NCBI GenBank assembly: GCA_009914755.4
Contig: CP068257.2
Coordinates: 36,608,001 to 36,672,000 of the forward strand
From: the human T2T-CHM13v2.0 reference genome, Homo sapiens
DNA: 64,000 bases
Direction: 5' to 3'
Below, in pieces: positions 35,581 through 51,034 of the stretch. Made by a program: the position numbers and the translations under genes. The number at the start of each line of letters is the position of its first letter. The stretch's first letter is position 1. Below the pieces are notes generated by a model, which searched no databases, was not told the origin of the DNA, and worked only from the letters and a program-made list of their open reading frames with translations.

Positions 35581-38144
35581 ATGCCCGTGATTCTCCATTT
35601 AAGAAGTTTTATTTGCTAAATATTACTCTGTTGAAATGAAAGAAAAAAAATGAGGGGGTAGATATTTCTGATAAAAAGGCCAGGCGAGAAAGTTGAACTT
35701 GACAGGTGTAGCCTCTGGAACACGTCTCTGGATGAATTCAGATGATAGTAGGGGGATCTCCACTCATCGTAATGCAGCTGGAATACACATAGTGAATTCT
35801 GTCACATGCCCAGGGAGAATTTCAGTCAGAAACATCTGTGCTGTTTTCACAAGGGAAAGGTCAGAACTCCCTGAGTAGTTCATGTGTCTGCATTTCTTTT
35901 GATGGGCATTGTGCCTCAACTAGAGAAGAGATCAATAAGCCAATAGCCGCCACTATCCAATTTGAATCCAGAAGTTCACACAACCTAATTCCAGAATACA
36001 GTTTGTGCTTCTAGATGAAAAATTCTAAAGCACAAGCACACAATTCCAGATATTTTAGCCACTATACAAAGATGAATCAGGGTCACGTGATCATGCTCAC
36101 GTCAGAAGATGCAGGAGAAGGACAAAGTTTTGCATTTTGGTACAAAACACGCATGTGCCAGCCACCCGATTCGTTTCCAGTAGGGAGCAGTTGAGTGGAA
36201 GGTCATGTCTGCACTACCTTAGGACTGAGGACCTACAGAGGGAACACTGGAAAGAATTAGCAACAGAATAAGCCAGGTTCTGTTTGATTCTGTCTCTCCC
36301 ACCCTGCAGCTCCAATTCAGAGCAGTCTTAATGTGCAGGGATCCGCATAGAACCAGCCAAGCAGGGCCTCTCGTAGTAGCCTGACCAGAAGTCACAGAGG
36401 CTGTGTAGGCCACTCATTCCCTCATTCAGAGTTCAGACATCCTGAGCCTGCCCATGTCCCTGAGATTACAGATAACACGAATCCTCAGAGTCACCGCTGG
36501 GCCATCAAAGAAAAAAGAGGGTGACGCAGAGAGGGAACACTGCAGGGGGGAATGCAATTCTTAGGGTGCTCTGAGGACCCAGGTGCCTGGGTTTGGGTTT
36601 CATTCACATCCTGCTTCAGTCGGAGCTGCCCTGGTGTTGGGCGGATGGCTATGGAACTCATGTGCATTTTCTTTAGTGTCTACACTGGAGGCTGATGAAG
36701 ATTTTATGGACCCTTAAGATTGCACAATGTGGGGGCTTTCTTTAGAGAAAACAAATGCAAAATTAGGACTGTACTATTAAGTACAAGGATTTGGATAGGA
36801 CCTGGGCAAGTGAGGAACCCTGAAGCTGAAGTTTCATTAACTTCTTGATAAATCCACTCTGTGTCATACATAGTAAAGCCCTGATACTTGTCTCTTGAAT
36901 GAATGGTTGAATTAACTTATGTACATTTTAGCTGCTGGCTGCTCTCTCAATAACTCTGAAAAATGATAAGCAAAAAATACCTATCATGTTTATCCATATC
37001 TAGTGATCAGTGATATATGGAAAACCAATCTTAATGCTATCTAGAATGTTTCTTGTTTCATTGGCACCTTGCCATGAAAGGTAGGTCCTTGTACTGTAGT
37101 TGAACCTTTAGGTCATATCTCAGCTCAAGGGTAAGATGCTATCAAAGCTGCTTTTCCTATGGTAGAATATGTGAGTACTGAAATTAACTGTGCGCTTTTT
37201 CCACTTGAAAAGCCCCCAACTTAAAACCTAAAGAACGTTATGCTAGTTGTGCCACTAGATCCTAGAATGGTATTGAATGCATGAATAATAAGCATCTTCC
37301 TGAGCAGACTTGAGGGCTTGCCCCAGTGGAATATCTGTGTCTCTGGTGAGAAGCCTTCCTCTTTTTTCCTTAGTTTCTATTAACGCTGTTTCCAATTTTC
37401 AATAGCAGTTAATTGTGTCATTTCTTGGTAGAAATGCTGGCTAAACCCATGCCTACCAAGCCAAATAATGTTCTCACTCAATGATGTTTACATTTTCAAA
37501 TATTTGCAGATTGATATCTTGCTTCATCTTAGACCTCTTTGCCAAAAAATACAAGGTCAGCTCCCTGAATCTTGCTTTCTTATTTCCTGAGTTATCCTTC
37601 ATGTCTATTCCAACCTTTAAAGGACAAATTTGAAAAGTTTATCCTCTGCTTTGAAAGTTTATGAAATTTGGCATCATTTGTACTCTTCCTACCAACGCCA
37701 TTCTCACATATCTGCTAGGAGGTAAAGAAAATATAATGAATCCTGGAGCACCTGGCTGCTGTGACTAGCATGCTCTAAATACTAAGAAATAAGAAACCTG
37801 CCCTGTCTTTTTTATATTGTCAGAAGTTTGTGGAAAGAATTTATATATGGACAGTGAGCTGTATTACATACAGACACAAACATACAAGTGACAAAAGCAG
37901 TGTGGGTGTGTATTTAGCTAGGACATTAATAACAAAACTGACTGTGTAGGTATAGAGAGGCTATCCCAATGTCAACAACATCAGAATACAATGGTACTGT
38001 ATTTTGAACGTCTTGTTTAATATATTTCAAATCTATAATTTTGACTTACAGTCAAAATTAAACATTAAGTGCACACAAAACAATTACCCTTTAAACAGTA
38101 TTTTTAAAAAGTGATGTCATAGTGACATTGACATCTGACATCTT

Positions 38145-38436
38145 TTTTTTTTTTTGAGATGGAGTCTTGGTCTGTCACCCAGGCTGGGGTGCAGTGATGT
38201 GATCTTGGTTCACTGCAACCTCCACCTCCCGGGTTCAAAGATTCTCCTGCCTTAGTCTCCCAAATAGCTGGAATTACAGGCACCTGCCACCACACCTGCC
38301 TAATTTTTGTATTTTCAGTAGAGATGGGGTTTCACCATGTTGGCCAGGCTGGTCTTGAACTCGTGACCTCAGGTGATCCTCCCACCTCAACCTCCCAAAG
38401 TGCTGGGATTACAGGCCTGAGCTACCGTGCCTGGCC
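38145..38436 (-). mobile_element. Alu, minus orientation, with TSD
   Basis: The poly-T begins at 38145 and the body ends '…gctaccgtgcctggcc' at 38436. Flanks are 'gacattgacatct' (38124-38136) and 'gacattgatatct' (38437-38449). Confidence 0.95.
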
Positions 38437-39363
38437 GACATTGATATCTTAACGTCACTCCTTAAAACGAGTTGGATATAATGTCAAACGACTTGATTCT
38501 TGTCAACAGGAATGCTGTGATAATCTGATTACGGAAGACTCAGGGTCTTGGTTCCTAGGCCCTAGGGACAGAAGAAGGCTAGCTTCTCCCAGACAGGCCA
38601 AAGCTGCTTTGAGGAGGGAAGGGGAGGTGAAGTCTCCACTCCATTGCCAGCAGGACACACCTGCCTGGGAACTGGGGGAGAACTCTCAGAGGCTGACCCT
38701 ATACTTCCTGTCTCTGGAGTCAGGGGACAGGGGTGATTCTGCTGGTCAGAAGGCAGGAGGGAGTGTCCTGAAACACAATTGAATTTGACAGCAAAGCACT
38801 GTCTATCCTGGGAAGTTCTGCTGGTGAGCGGAGTCCTGTGAGGGTCCTGGTAACCCTATCCCTGCAAGAAATAAGAAGGTCTGCACTCAAATAGGTTCAG
38901 AAAACCTTTCCTAGTTTAGGCCCCTCTTGAATCTTCACAGCAATCATTAACATTTTAAAAACCCCAAGAAGTTCTGCAGCAAAGACGTTCTTTAACTTTG
39001 AATCCAAGTTGTACATCCATTTTGGACCGCAGAACTGTCCACCACCTCCTCCCTGACCACAACTATGATTCCCTCCTCTGACTAATGTTTCACACAACCC
39101 CACGGGGGATGCTTTGGCCAACTGTGATGGGTGTGGAGTGGCAAGGCATCGTGCGATCCAAAGAACATGTGTGATGTCCAGGCTCCATTTAGGTGTAAGT
39201 TGTACTACTGGGGCCTGACTACCTCTGCATGTGACTGGCCAGCCTTCGGGATTGCGAAGTGGCTGCTTACAGTCAGCCCCAAAGAATTTTTTTTTACTTT
39301 CTTTCTGTTTCTTTATGTCCACCTTATTCCTAAAAGAATTTAAGTGAATTTACAAAGATACAT

Positions 39364-39382
39364 ACACACACACACACACACC
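39364..39382. repeat. (CA)n microsatellite
   Basis: 'acacacacacacacacacacc'. Confidence 0.9.
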
Positions 39383-41588
39383 ATGAAATAAAAGAGGAGG
39401 AAAATAAGAGTAAATGTCAAAAAGGCCATTTGATTAAATCATTTACTTACATAAATTTGACCTATTTTTAAAAATCACAGTTGAGTGCACACAGATCCAC
39501 AGTGCCAGAATCTTACTTTTGAGCTCAACATTAAATATAGATCTTAACTACATCTGAACTTAACTTAGCTTCCTATTTGAACCTGGGAATCAACTGGGCA
39601 CTCACTGAATGTAGTTTTACACGCACTGTATTTTACAATTCTTTTGAAAGACAATGTCCATTTTCCTCTGTGGATCTTTTAAATTTTATTTCACCTTTTA
39701 CACCCCTTTATGTATAATTTGTTTATACTGAGATTGTAAACTTTCTTCATTGGCTTAGACTCAGGTCTGGCACTAGCCTAAGGGACTAATCTCTGGTCCA
39801 TCAGGCCTGGGCTGGGAACCCTCTGTGGGATTCCCTCCCCATTCCCGGAGATAGCTGGTTCGCCCTGCTTGGCCCCACTTTACAATGGCCTGCTTACTTG
39901 TCCCTTTTCCCTACAGGGCTGCAAACTCTTTGACAATGGAGATTTTATGTAGTTATTTCTTTGTGCTTTCAGGGCATGGCCCAAGGTATTCTTCAAGCAA
40001 TATGTATTGAATCCACAGGCACTGACATGAAAGGCATAATTTTTGCTATAATTACATCTTTACTTTCACCATGAACTTACATCTACCTCATCCTGCAAAC
40101 GCACAGCAGAGGCCTTTTTATCTGAAGTCTTTTGAAAATATGTGTATGTGAAAATGGCTAACTGGTGTGTTCTCTCCCTTGGTGAATATTACAAAGTGAT
40201 AGATTGGCTGCTAGAATTGCGTAAGTGGGGTTATTAAGGAGGGAGACATCTTATTAAGGAGTGACAAGAAACAGGGAACCATGTGCTTAAGATATAGAAG
40301 TTGTGTAAACCCAACAGAGGAGAAATAGAAAACATGCAGGTTATTTTGGAAAGAAGAAAATGAAGACACTTGAAATAAAACAGAAAAGTAAATACGGAGC
40401 CAGCAGGGTTCAGCATGGGAGTGTGGGCTGGAAGTCTGATTCTGAGGAAGAAAACAAGGGGAAAAAATAAAAGAAAGAATATACTGCAATCCCAGGCTAG
40501 AAAGGGGTGATTTGATCCATGGAGCAGCAAATGCAGAAAACAACAAAATTAGCATCATTTCAGTCTCCTTCAAACGCTATGTCTAGATCTGGCTTGTGTT
40601 AGCATACCTGTGGCAATAAAGGTATTTGGGTCTGAATGTGTTTTAAATTTTAAATTGAAGAGAATTTTCTAACATTTACCCATTTTAAAGATGAAATATT
40701 ATAGGACTAAAACTTGTAAGGGCCACTTTTCTGTGATTACAATCAAGCGAATTTCATTGCAGCTGGGAGCAGCCTATGCCAGTATATGGCATTTCAGAGT
40801 CTAGGGCTGCATAAGGATATGTACATTTAAACATGAATTGTATAATTATGGATATTAACATGTCTAGTCCAATATCCTGGGAATGTTCCCTAAATGATAC
40901 TTTCTGCACAGCACTTTGCTTAGTTTTCAGTATCTGAAGAAATGGTCTGACTTGCTAGCCCTGTGATTGGTAGAAATGTATATTTGATGGGTTTTTAAAT
41001 CAATTCTCACTCAGATTTTGAATAGTCAGGCTTTAACCCTCAGTGATCTTCACCAAGTATATTCTTGCCAAGGGCTTACTCTGCAGGAGGCTGGGTGGTC
41101 CGTCTTATGTCGATTTAGAAGATATAAGTGACATCAAGGACTCAAGGAGCCTCCAGGCTGCTGCTGGACAGAGGTGTGGATAGGAAGACATGGAGGTAGA
41201 GAAACAGTAAAGAAAAACACCCAAAGCACAAGAAAGGCTGCAGTGTCCAGCAGAATGTGATGACATTGACATGAGAGGCCCTGACAAAGTTCCAGGGAAA
41301 GTCAGAGAGGGAAAGACCAGATCCCTTTGGGATGACTGTAAGAGGCACTGGGACATTTGAGATGTGCCTTGCAGAACAAGACGACTTCCAGGGTCAGGAC
41401 GGGGAGAAGCCTTCAGAGCAGGAGGAGTTACCATGCACCAGCAGGAGGGTGCGGGAGGTCGGCAGTGTGCACAGGGGCTGAGCTTACTGCAGGGAAAGAA
41501 TGGGAGAGTGAGGGCCACAGTCAGGACAAAGCTGGCAGCCAACAGTGCTGAGCACTCCTGAAAGGCCAGGCAGGGCTCTAAGTATTTC

Positions 41589-42183
41589 TTTTTGTTTGTT
41601 TGTTTGTTTATTATACTTTAAGTTCTGGGATACATGTGCAGAATGTGGAGGTTTGTCACATAGGTATACACGCGCCATGGTGATTTGCTGCACCCATCAA
41701 CCCGTCATCTACATTAGGTATTTCTCCTAATGCTCTCCCTCCTCTAGCTTCCCACCCTGCTGACAGTACCCAGTGTGTGATGTTCCCCTCCCTATGCCCA
41801 TGTATTCTCATTGTTCAATTCCCACTTATGAATGAGAATATGCGGTGTTTGGTTTTCTGTTCTTGTGTTAGTTTGCTGAGAATGATGGTTTCCAGCTTCA
41901 TCCATGTCCCTGCAAAGGACATGAACTTATTTTTTTTATGGCTGCATAGTATTCCATGGTGTATATGTGCCACATTTTGTTTATCCAGTCTATCACTGAT
42001 GGGCATTAGGGTTGATTCCAGGGCATTTGTGTTGGTTCCAAGTCGTTGCTATTGTGAACAGTGCTGCAATAAGCATATGTGTGCATGTGTCTTTATAGTA
42101 GAGTGATTTATAATCCTTTGGGTATATACCCAGTAATGGGATTGCTGGGTCAAATGGTATTTCTGGTTCTAGATCCTTCCATG
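41589..42183 (-). mobile_element. L1PA-type L1 3'-end fragment (~595 bp), minus orientation, with 16-bp TSD
   Basis: High identity to the L1 3' end (rc: '…ttatactttaagttctgggatacatgtgcagaatgtggaggtttgtcacataggtatacacgcgccatggtg…ccagtaatgggattgctgggtcaaatggtatttctggttctagatccttc'). The TSD 'gctctaagtatttctt' lies at 41573-41588 and 42184-42199. Artefactual ORFs 41815-42274 lie inside it. Confidence 0.92.
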
Positions 42184-45100
42184 GCTCTAAGTATTTCTTA
42201 ATCCTCACACAGGCAGGCTTTCTTGCTAACCTCTTTAGAGATGAGGAAAGCAGGGTGCAGAGGTTAAGTAACACGCTGAGGACACAGGCTTCAGAGAGGG
42301 GTGAAGCTGGCCTTTGAAGCTAGGTTGTCCATCTCTAGAAGCCACACCCTTAAGCCTCTGCTGCAGGAGGTGGGAGTTAAACATAGGCAATGAGAAGTCA
42401 TTGAATATTTTGGTTTTCTGGGTCCTGAGCTGCACTTTAGAAATACCAGTCTGGCAGTGATGATCAAGTGACTAATTCAAAGGGTATTTTGAGAGACTGA
42501 GTGAAAGGAATGAAGACCTGGACCAGCATGGTGGCTGTGGGAAGGGGCAGGAGAGACACCGGTGCAAGGGAGATTCAGCAGGTGGAATCTGGGGCTTGCA
42601 CTGATTGGATACAGGAGTACAGTTGCTTAAAGAGGGAGAGGTGAGAGAATGAGGACGCCATTGTTAGGAAACAAAAATCAGGAGATGTAGCTGGATTTAG
42701 GGAGAATAATATGCCTTCAGTTTTGGATGAGTCAGTTCTGGACTGCTCTCATTCCAGGAGATGTTGGAAACAGAGACTGGATCCCTGAGGAGATGCTGTT
42801 AGTGAGCATTGATTAACACCATGGGACTCTGAATAGGCAGTAGGGTAACTCAGAGGATGCCAAGAGAGAATAGAAAGATATAATAAAGGAGGATGAGCAC
42901 AAGACCTTGGGGAATATAATTACAAAGGATGGGGAAGAAGAAAAACCCACCACGCTGCAGGAGAGTGAACTCTCAGAGAGGCAGATAGATGAGCAATGAG
43001 TCTGCTGACCCACTGGTAACCAACAGTAGGAACTTTCTGAGGAAGACACAGTTAATGGCGCCACCCTTGACTCATATATCAGAGAAGAGGAGATGGAGGG
43101 AGTTGAAGGGAAGAAACAGTGGAATAGGAAGGCTTGGTAGCACCTTGCCAACTCAGTTCAGATGAAAAGCCTGAGAGAAACTGAGAGATTATCATTTGGC
43201 TGGCAGAGCAGAGTTCTCAGGGTCCTGGAAGCTGGCTGTCTTCAAGCCTATTAATGGTTAATGTTTCTCATGCTCTTTTTTGCTAAATTTGACAAACCTA
43301 TTCCCCTTCCTCCTCAAAGTCAACTGAGTTATTCACTCAGTTAAATCTATCATGACTTAAAAAGTATATGCTTAGCTTGGAGAGGGGGTTACATCTGTTC
43401 TTGCAGTCACATAATTACTGGAGACATGAAGGAAGATTCCAGCAACTCAGGCGCCTTCTGAACAGGTTGAATACCTGGTTTTTATGAGCAACCCGCTTCA
43501 GTTTTCTGAGAAGCTCTGAGTAACTACAACTAAACAAGTCTATTCTTGAATATGTTTATAATAAAAAAGGAAAGATAATGCAGTTATTTGCTAATTGCTG
43601 CAATGATTAAAGCAAGATGTTTCAAGTTTATCCTTTCATAAGACCAGCAGCCTTTTGAACACAAACAGGATCTGACAAAGATAGTAATAATGAAAGCGGG
43701 AGAACAAGGAAACAATGCCAGTTTTCTTCAGAACAATCGGTTGCCACTGACTTCTAACCTACCTACAGTTTCAAGTTTCTTTGGCTGGGACTATATTCTG
43801 GTTTTTCAGTGCTGTACTGTGATTAAGCCAAACTTCAGAAAAAAAGGAAGTGCTGCATTGTAGCAGTATTGAAAGTTATGTAGGTGGATTTTTTAAAAAA
43901 ATATTACAGCCTAAATTTTCTTAGCAAAAGTCAAATGAGTAACAACACACAGTTTGGAAACATTTGGAGAGGAGAAAACAAATATCTGACAAGAGTACTT
44001 AAAATCTGAAAAAAAAAAAAAAAAAAGAAAAAAAAGAAAGTGGGAGGAGAGTGAGAAAAAGCCCCTGACAGGTAATGGTGGAAACCTGACAAATGGAAGG
44101 TCATTCTAATGAGAGAGGCGGCCTGGTCTCATGGAAAGAGACTTTGGCCTTTGGAATCTGACCTTCCTGGATGTGAATTCCAGGTGTGCAGACTCCTGGC
44201 AGCAATACTCTTGGGAAAGGTGCACTAATGTTCTGAGCTTCAATTTCTTAGTACATTATGGGGCATATGGGAAAGAGACAGAGGTGGGCTACTTCTCTCT
44301 CCACTCCAGGATGCCACCCTCCCACTGTTCCCCACCTTCCTTCTTCCCCAGGACCAGGCTGAGCTCAAGGCTTGTCCCTAAGGCAGCTGGTGAAGGAAAG
44401 GTTCGACTTGGTGGTAGAAGCCCTGGACTGGAGTCCCCACCTATGGGCTGAGGGATCCTCCACAAGTGATTCAACTTCTTAGTTTCTCACCTACAAAAGG
44501 CAGGGAAATTCCTGCCACAGGACAACAAGGAAGTTAAATGACATGATTTTTTGTGAAAGTGTTGTGGAAAGCACTTCTGTCTTCTATCTTATGAATCAGT
44601 AGGGAATGAGCATTCTCAAAATGACCAGAATGATTCCTAATTTCCTTTCTAAGGACCTGATTCCCTTTTCATACGTTCTTTTTGTTCTAAAAACAAAACA
44701 AAACAAAACTTACTTTGTAAAGAAAGCCTGAATTCCAGAGCCAGAGTCTGTCCGTTAAAAACTTTCAAGCTTTTTTTTTAAACTTATAAAAGGCGTTATA
44801 CCCTATAGCCACTCAAACTTTCATAAACAAGAGTTGCAATGTGAAAAAACTCACTTGCTGGGTTTGCCTCTATGAACAACTATTGTTGTCAATGCAAATT
44901 GAATCCGAAATTACCCTTGTCATTGTTTTTTTCTGGGGTTGCTTCTTTCATTTCTGTTAAAAATACACAGAAACATTAAAAAAGTAACTATCTCCTCTGT
45001 TTTATAAGGAGAAGAAGGGATAAAGAAAAAGAAAATCAACTTGGCATGCAAGTGAGCCTTGCTCTGGAATTTGGGTGGGTCTAGGAAAAAGCACCGACCT

Positions 45101-45859
45101 CAGTGGAAAACATATATGGGTGTGTGGGAAATCCCTGTAAACTATAAATTGACTACACAGTGCTTAAGCTGGTGTGGAGAGAAACCACAATACTCTCTGA
45201 AACCAGAGAGGAGGGGACAGAGAGCAAGTTTTGCACGAGGAGAGCACAAAGTGTCCCTGGGAGACAGAGCTGCTGGTAATTCTTAGCAGGCTTAACTGGA
45301 TCTATTGAAAGTGACCACTGTAAAACACCACTGTTGCACCCTGGGGTTCTCTGTGGGATGCCCCTACTTGTATCATGCAGGAACCCTATGGCCTGACTCT
45401 GCTTCACCCACACTTCTTCCCACCGCTCCCCAGCAAGGCCCCCCGCCCTGTTCAATTGCTCCTGTATGCTTCCCCACTTCACTGCCATTGCCTTTGCAGC
45501 TCCAATTCCTGGAAAGCATTCTTTCCCTTTTCTATTAGAATCTCATTATGTAGCTTCGAAGCCCTTCAAGGCCTGTCAAGACTCAGCTTTCCCTTCCCGA
45601 TGGGGCCTTACCTCTTCTACACTTTCTAAATGTTATCTTCTCCAGGCTGAACAAAACCTAGTGTGTCTCTTTGCTACTAAGGACTAATCAGATGCTGTGT
45701 CCTGATTCATTCGGTGTTGGTGTATCCCATATCTCCAATCAGATTACGAGCCCCTGGAGGGCTGACAGCACGTTGGACTTGGCTGAGCTAGAATCAGCTC
45801 CCTTTTGCACCCTGAGCTGAGTGCATGCAGCTCAGCATTTGTAATCCTAGCCTAATGCA

Positions 45860-45960
45860 ATGTGAAATTTATTATCTCTCTTTTTACAAATGAGGAAACT
45901 GAAGATCAGGGAGACAGTGTGACTTGTCCAAAGTCACTAGCCCAGTTGCCTTTCAGAAGG
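45860..45960 (+). mobile_element. MIR SINE fragment
   Basis: 'ttacaaatgaggaaactgaagatcagggagacagtgtgacttgtccaaagtcactagcccag'. Confidence 0.75.
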
Positions 45961-48900
45961 CATCTCACTCCATCTTCAGGATGACCCCAGGGGCTAGGCT
46001 TTCACACTTTAACTCCTCCTAGAAGGTCATAACCTGAAGATCTGAGATTTGAACCCAAGTCTGTCTGGCTCCTACCCTGTACCTTTCCCACTATAGCATA
46101 TTGCCTCCCTATCACCAAAATGCCCAACACGAAGTTGAACATGGCATAATATCAAATGAACTTGTGATCATCCCGTTTTGTCAAAACTCAGAGAACATAA
46201 AAAAAAATCAGCAAATTTGACCAGAGCAGTGTATTTATGGCAAGACCAAGGCAAAACTTGATTCTGCATTCTTTGCATTATAGTAACAGACTGAAAAGGT
46301 TCATAAGTGTATTCATATTTAAGGGAGTGTGTAACTGTTTTACCTGGGTCAATGTAGAATTCCCTATACGTTGCATGCATCATCAGGAATTTCATATGCA
46401 GCAGATAGGCATACAGCCTGGTTTCTCCAACAGCCAAAGGCATTTCTGAGTGGCAACAACACTCTGATCTGGTGAAGCTGAGTCCATCTGGACATTGGGG
46501 AGCCCCAGGCCAGCAGGGTTTCTGCTAAGTGGACCTTTCCAAATCCTCTCAGGGACAAAACCTGGTTGGGCATCTTCAAGAAAAGATGCTCTTGTAAAGT
46601 TGGTGTAGCTGCTTAAATAAGCCCCGAATAGAGTCTAGTCCGTCTCTCTGTGCTTTTCTTTAAATTTCCCTTCATAGAAAGCTAAAACTTAAAGAGGTTT
46701 CAGAGAAGCTAGTCTGACCCCATCTCCCAGTATCATTGAGAAAACTGAAGCTCGGAGGGGCTGGGTCATTTGCCGGAGGTTTTGCAGGACACAGAAGAGC
46801 TTGTTCTCCTAATGTGGCCTAGAACTCTTCACCAGGCCTCCTCCTATCCCAGGTGGAAACTAAAGAGGAAAAGATGAAGCCAAACTCAGGCGGAAGCAAC
46901 ATAATTAAACTGGTTTATCGTTTGGCAACAGAGATCAGAGGAGTGAGTGGAAAGTGAAAATCAGTGAAACACTTGCAGTTTAAAAGAGGCATGCGATTCC
47001 TGCTTTTCCTAAGCAGTTGAAATGTGTTTATATGTCTTTCCTGGAGCTCTCTCATTGCTAATGTGGTCCTATAAGGGGAAGTCCTGGAGACTGAGCTGGG
47101 TGTATTTGAGTATTCTTCTCAATGGAAGGCAATGAGCTTGTGTGCTACACTGCTTAGGCCACACGATCCCCCAAGCCTGGGCTGCCAGACGTCGCCATCA
47201 TTGCTCCATGCAGATCATGCCCATCCTGTGCAGAAGGTCACTATAGGAACACATGGCACAGGGAAGAAAACGCCCATAGAAATTCACATGGTGCTTGTCT
47301 AAACCGAAGGCAGGTGAGATCCACCCACTGTCATGGGAAGCTGCTAGCATGCTCCCATTTGTTTATAATAATTTCTCCACCGTTAGAGGCTGCTTTAAAA
47401 AGAAACGGCCAAAACCTGCGATCCGGTGCCACAATTGAGACAGAAAGCATGGGACCATGACAGTTTTAAGAATTACTAAAGTATGAGGCTTGACCAGATC
47501 ATTTTTCCAAGGATCCAGAGCCCTTTAGAGAGAATTCAAGAGGGAGAATTTCTGGTGACTTCTACCACCTCTGAAGAATTAAAAAACTTACTTGTGCTGC
47601 TTTCCAGGCCTCTGTGGTAGTTAATTCTGCTTGGCAGTTTTTGTTGTCAAATAGCTTTTAAGAAATCTGGAGCTATCTCAGATATAAATACCTTAATGAT
47701 GCCAGAGGACTGTCTTTCACCCATAAAAACTGAAGCCATGTGCCAGAAGCCCTCGTGGCTCAAGGGCTCTGTCCTTGGACACGGATGAGGGCAGCTGGGC
47801 GGTGGGACCGAGGCTCTGCCTGAATGCTCAGCTTCTGCAAGCTGGGGTGGAGAGTGTGTTCCTGCCTACCGGCTCAGCCAGCACAGGAGCACGTAGCCTG
47901 CAGGTGTGGGTTGTACACAGGCTACCCCCTGCTGAGTCAGTTCCCCAGATCTCTTCATCACTTCCCCAGATCTCTGGGATCTTCAGCTGAGATTGGGCCC
48001 CAGCACCTGGACTCAAGGTAAGGCCCCTTAGGATGCTTGTAGCTGATCAATCAGGGTAGTGCAAAGGAAGAGGGGAAAAAGCCACCCAGACCTTAAAGGA
48101 GATTTCTGGAAGATCCAATCAAAGTGATTCACCTTAACCTCAGGCATGACCTTTCCCCATTATCTGCTGTTTTTAATTTCAAGTAGTGTAAATCTTACTG
48201 ATCTGAAGAAGACTTCTGCTTCTGAAACTACCAGCGCTTAACAATGATTGAGCCCTACTCTATGAGATTGCAAATAAAAATATATTAACCTTGGCAGGAA
48301 ATCAACTGATTAATACTTATACCCTACACTCTAAAGCCTGGAACCTCAATTTATCTGCATAAACAGAGGCTTTGGGTATAAAACTAAAATGTAGTTGGTT
48401 ATGCCAAAGACTGCTTTCAATAGTAATGCACCAAACATGCTTTTGAAAATAGCAATAAACTATTCATTTAGGTTAGATATACAAATAAGTAACTTTCAGA
48501 GTTAGCACTAAGTTTTAAGCCTCAAAGACTTTGATTTCAGTGACAAGATGTGTAAATGCAGCGGTTAGAAAAAGTACACATACTGAGGTTTCTTTCAAGA
48601 TTATATATAGTATTATTCAAAAGTCTTATTGTATATGAAAAGTGACAAGATTTTTGCAATGTGAAACAACAGTAGCTAGCTAATACTCTAGTTACCTTTA
48701 CAGATTGTCTAGTTGGTCACATTATACCTTAATTTTTCAGGATCTAACCAAGGCCTGGTTAACTCTTACTGGCAATGTTTGAAAGGGATGAAAGAGGTCC
48801 TATGCATATTACTCTAAATTAATCTTAGTGCAGGAAGACAAGTCATATTTGAATAACTTTATTTTGTATCCCTAGCTACTGTCATCCTAGTATTTGAAAA

Positions 48901-50793
48901 GCTCCTTTTCTCCCAATGTTCAGAAAGTCATTTTCCAAACTTGCAAATATTAAAACCTATTCATGTCTAATACTTTTCTACTTGGTCTATTTCCATGTCC
49001 TGTCAATGACCTATCAATTACCCTATTCAATTACCCATGTCACTTGAGATTTCTCCCACCAGAATTTAGGTTGCATATTTTCACAGGGCAATTTATTTTA
49101 AAATCAGAATGGTCCATAAAACTAATAGCTTTGTGTGCACAGACCTAAAAGATTTGTAGTAGCTCTGCAGCTGCATTTTTGAACATCAATAGTTAAACGA
49201 TCAACATAAATGTTAAAGAAGTAAATTAACTTTCAGAATTTCACGTGTGCTCTAGCATTCACCATTGACCATGCTGGAAGAAGACTTTGAGGTCATTTCA
49301 TCCAACCCTCTCATTTTACAGATGAGGAAAACAGGACTAATTGATAGCTAGCAATACTAAATTATAGCTCTTCTAAAACTAGACAGCAGCGTCAGTAGGC
49401 TTCTTCATGTGCTCAATTACTGTATGGATTCCACGAGTTGATGAGCGTGCTGTGACCTTGAGCATTTACATTCTGTGGTTTTCAAATGTTTATGTTTCTA
49501 ATGTGGTATTTGTAAACCTGGGCCCCAGTAACCTTTACCACTGAGGCTTTGCCAATCCCAACTCTGGGCAGCCCACCTCTTCCATATGCAGCAGTGCTTG
49601 CAGGCTGTTCCGCCTGGGCAAAGTCATGTTAGGTGTAAGCAAAGACGTGAACTAGTGTTCATGCTTGAAAACCTCACAGAGACCTGCCTGCTGGCTGAAT
49701 CCTTTCTTCATCTCTTGTTGCCTCTCCTACATGTGACTCAAAAGCTAGCCAAGTTTGTTCCACATCCTTCAGCTTGTTCCTCTTACACCAAAGTGCCATA
49801 CCATCATCCCCTTTAGTAAGATCACACTTCTCCAATTTCTGTCCTCCTCTACTCCTCAATAAACAGGAAGATGCTGTCTGTGGAAATGCACGTGGAGCTC
49901 TTGCACACGTTTTCTATAACTTGTCTTCATTCCACTTCCCCACAACTAGAATATAAGCCTCATGAGAGCAAATGCCTTGTCTGGACTGTTATCTCCCCTG
50001 TGTCTAGTATAGTCAAAAATAGTAGGTGATGGGTAAATACATGTGCAATAAATATATCCTTTCATCTTTCCTTCCTATCTTAGGGAAACAAATGTCCCTT
50101 TCTTTTCTGTCTTACCTCCCTAATAACATCAGTACTTCTTTGTCCCTCCTCCAATATTGACCTCTGAATCATGTCCTCCTTCTTGAAATCTTGCCTTCTT
50201 AATTGTCTGCTTTTATTAATTTACATAGGTGTCCAGCCATCTGGCTGGCCTTTCTCCAGTTCTTTTGCTGGAAAATCCTCTCCTCTTCTCTTTAATACAG
50301 GCAGCCTCTAAGATTGCCCCTTCAGTTGCTTTCTTCCCTTGGTATTTTTCTTTTTTTTGCAGTTCTCATTGACTCATATCTGGTCAACTTTTACCTCTAG
50401 GTACAATGATTCTTCAATTTCCACCTCCAGCCCCAAATTTAATTCCTAGATATGGACATGCTTGGAGCCAACCCCACCATGTCACCTCAATACACTCTGC
50501 TTTTCATCCAAATCTTCCTTTCCATCCAGGCAGCAAACTCCAGAGTCCTTTCCACTCCTGTTCAACCTTTCTACTTCACATATGACAGGTGTGTGAATTT
50601 TACCTGGTGGCAAACCAACGTGGTGATTCTCTTGAATTCATGTATTACTTAGACAAATTCAACAGCCTCCTAAATGATCTCCTTCTAGCTGCTCTCCTCC
50701 CTCTCCATCTGTCTTGCTAGATGAGCCTGGCTTCTTTTTTCCTGCAGAAAGATCAAACTTTTCAGTTTAACCCGCATCACCTTTTAAAATTCA

Positions 50794-51034
<241 letters not shown>

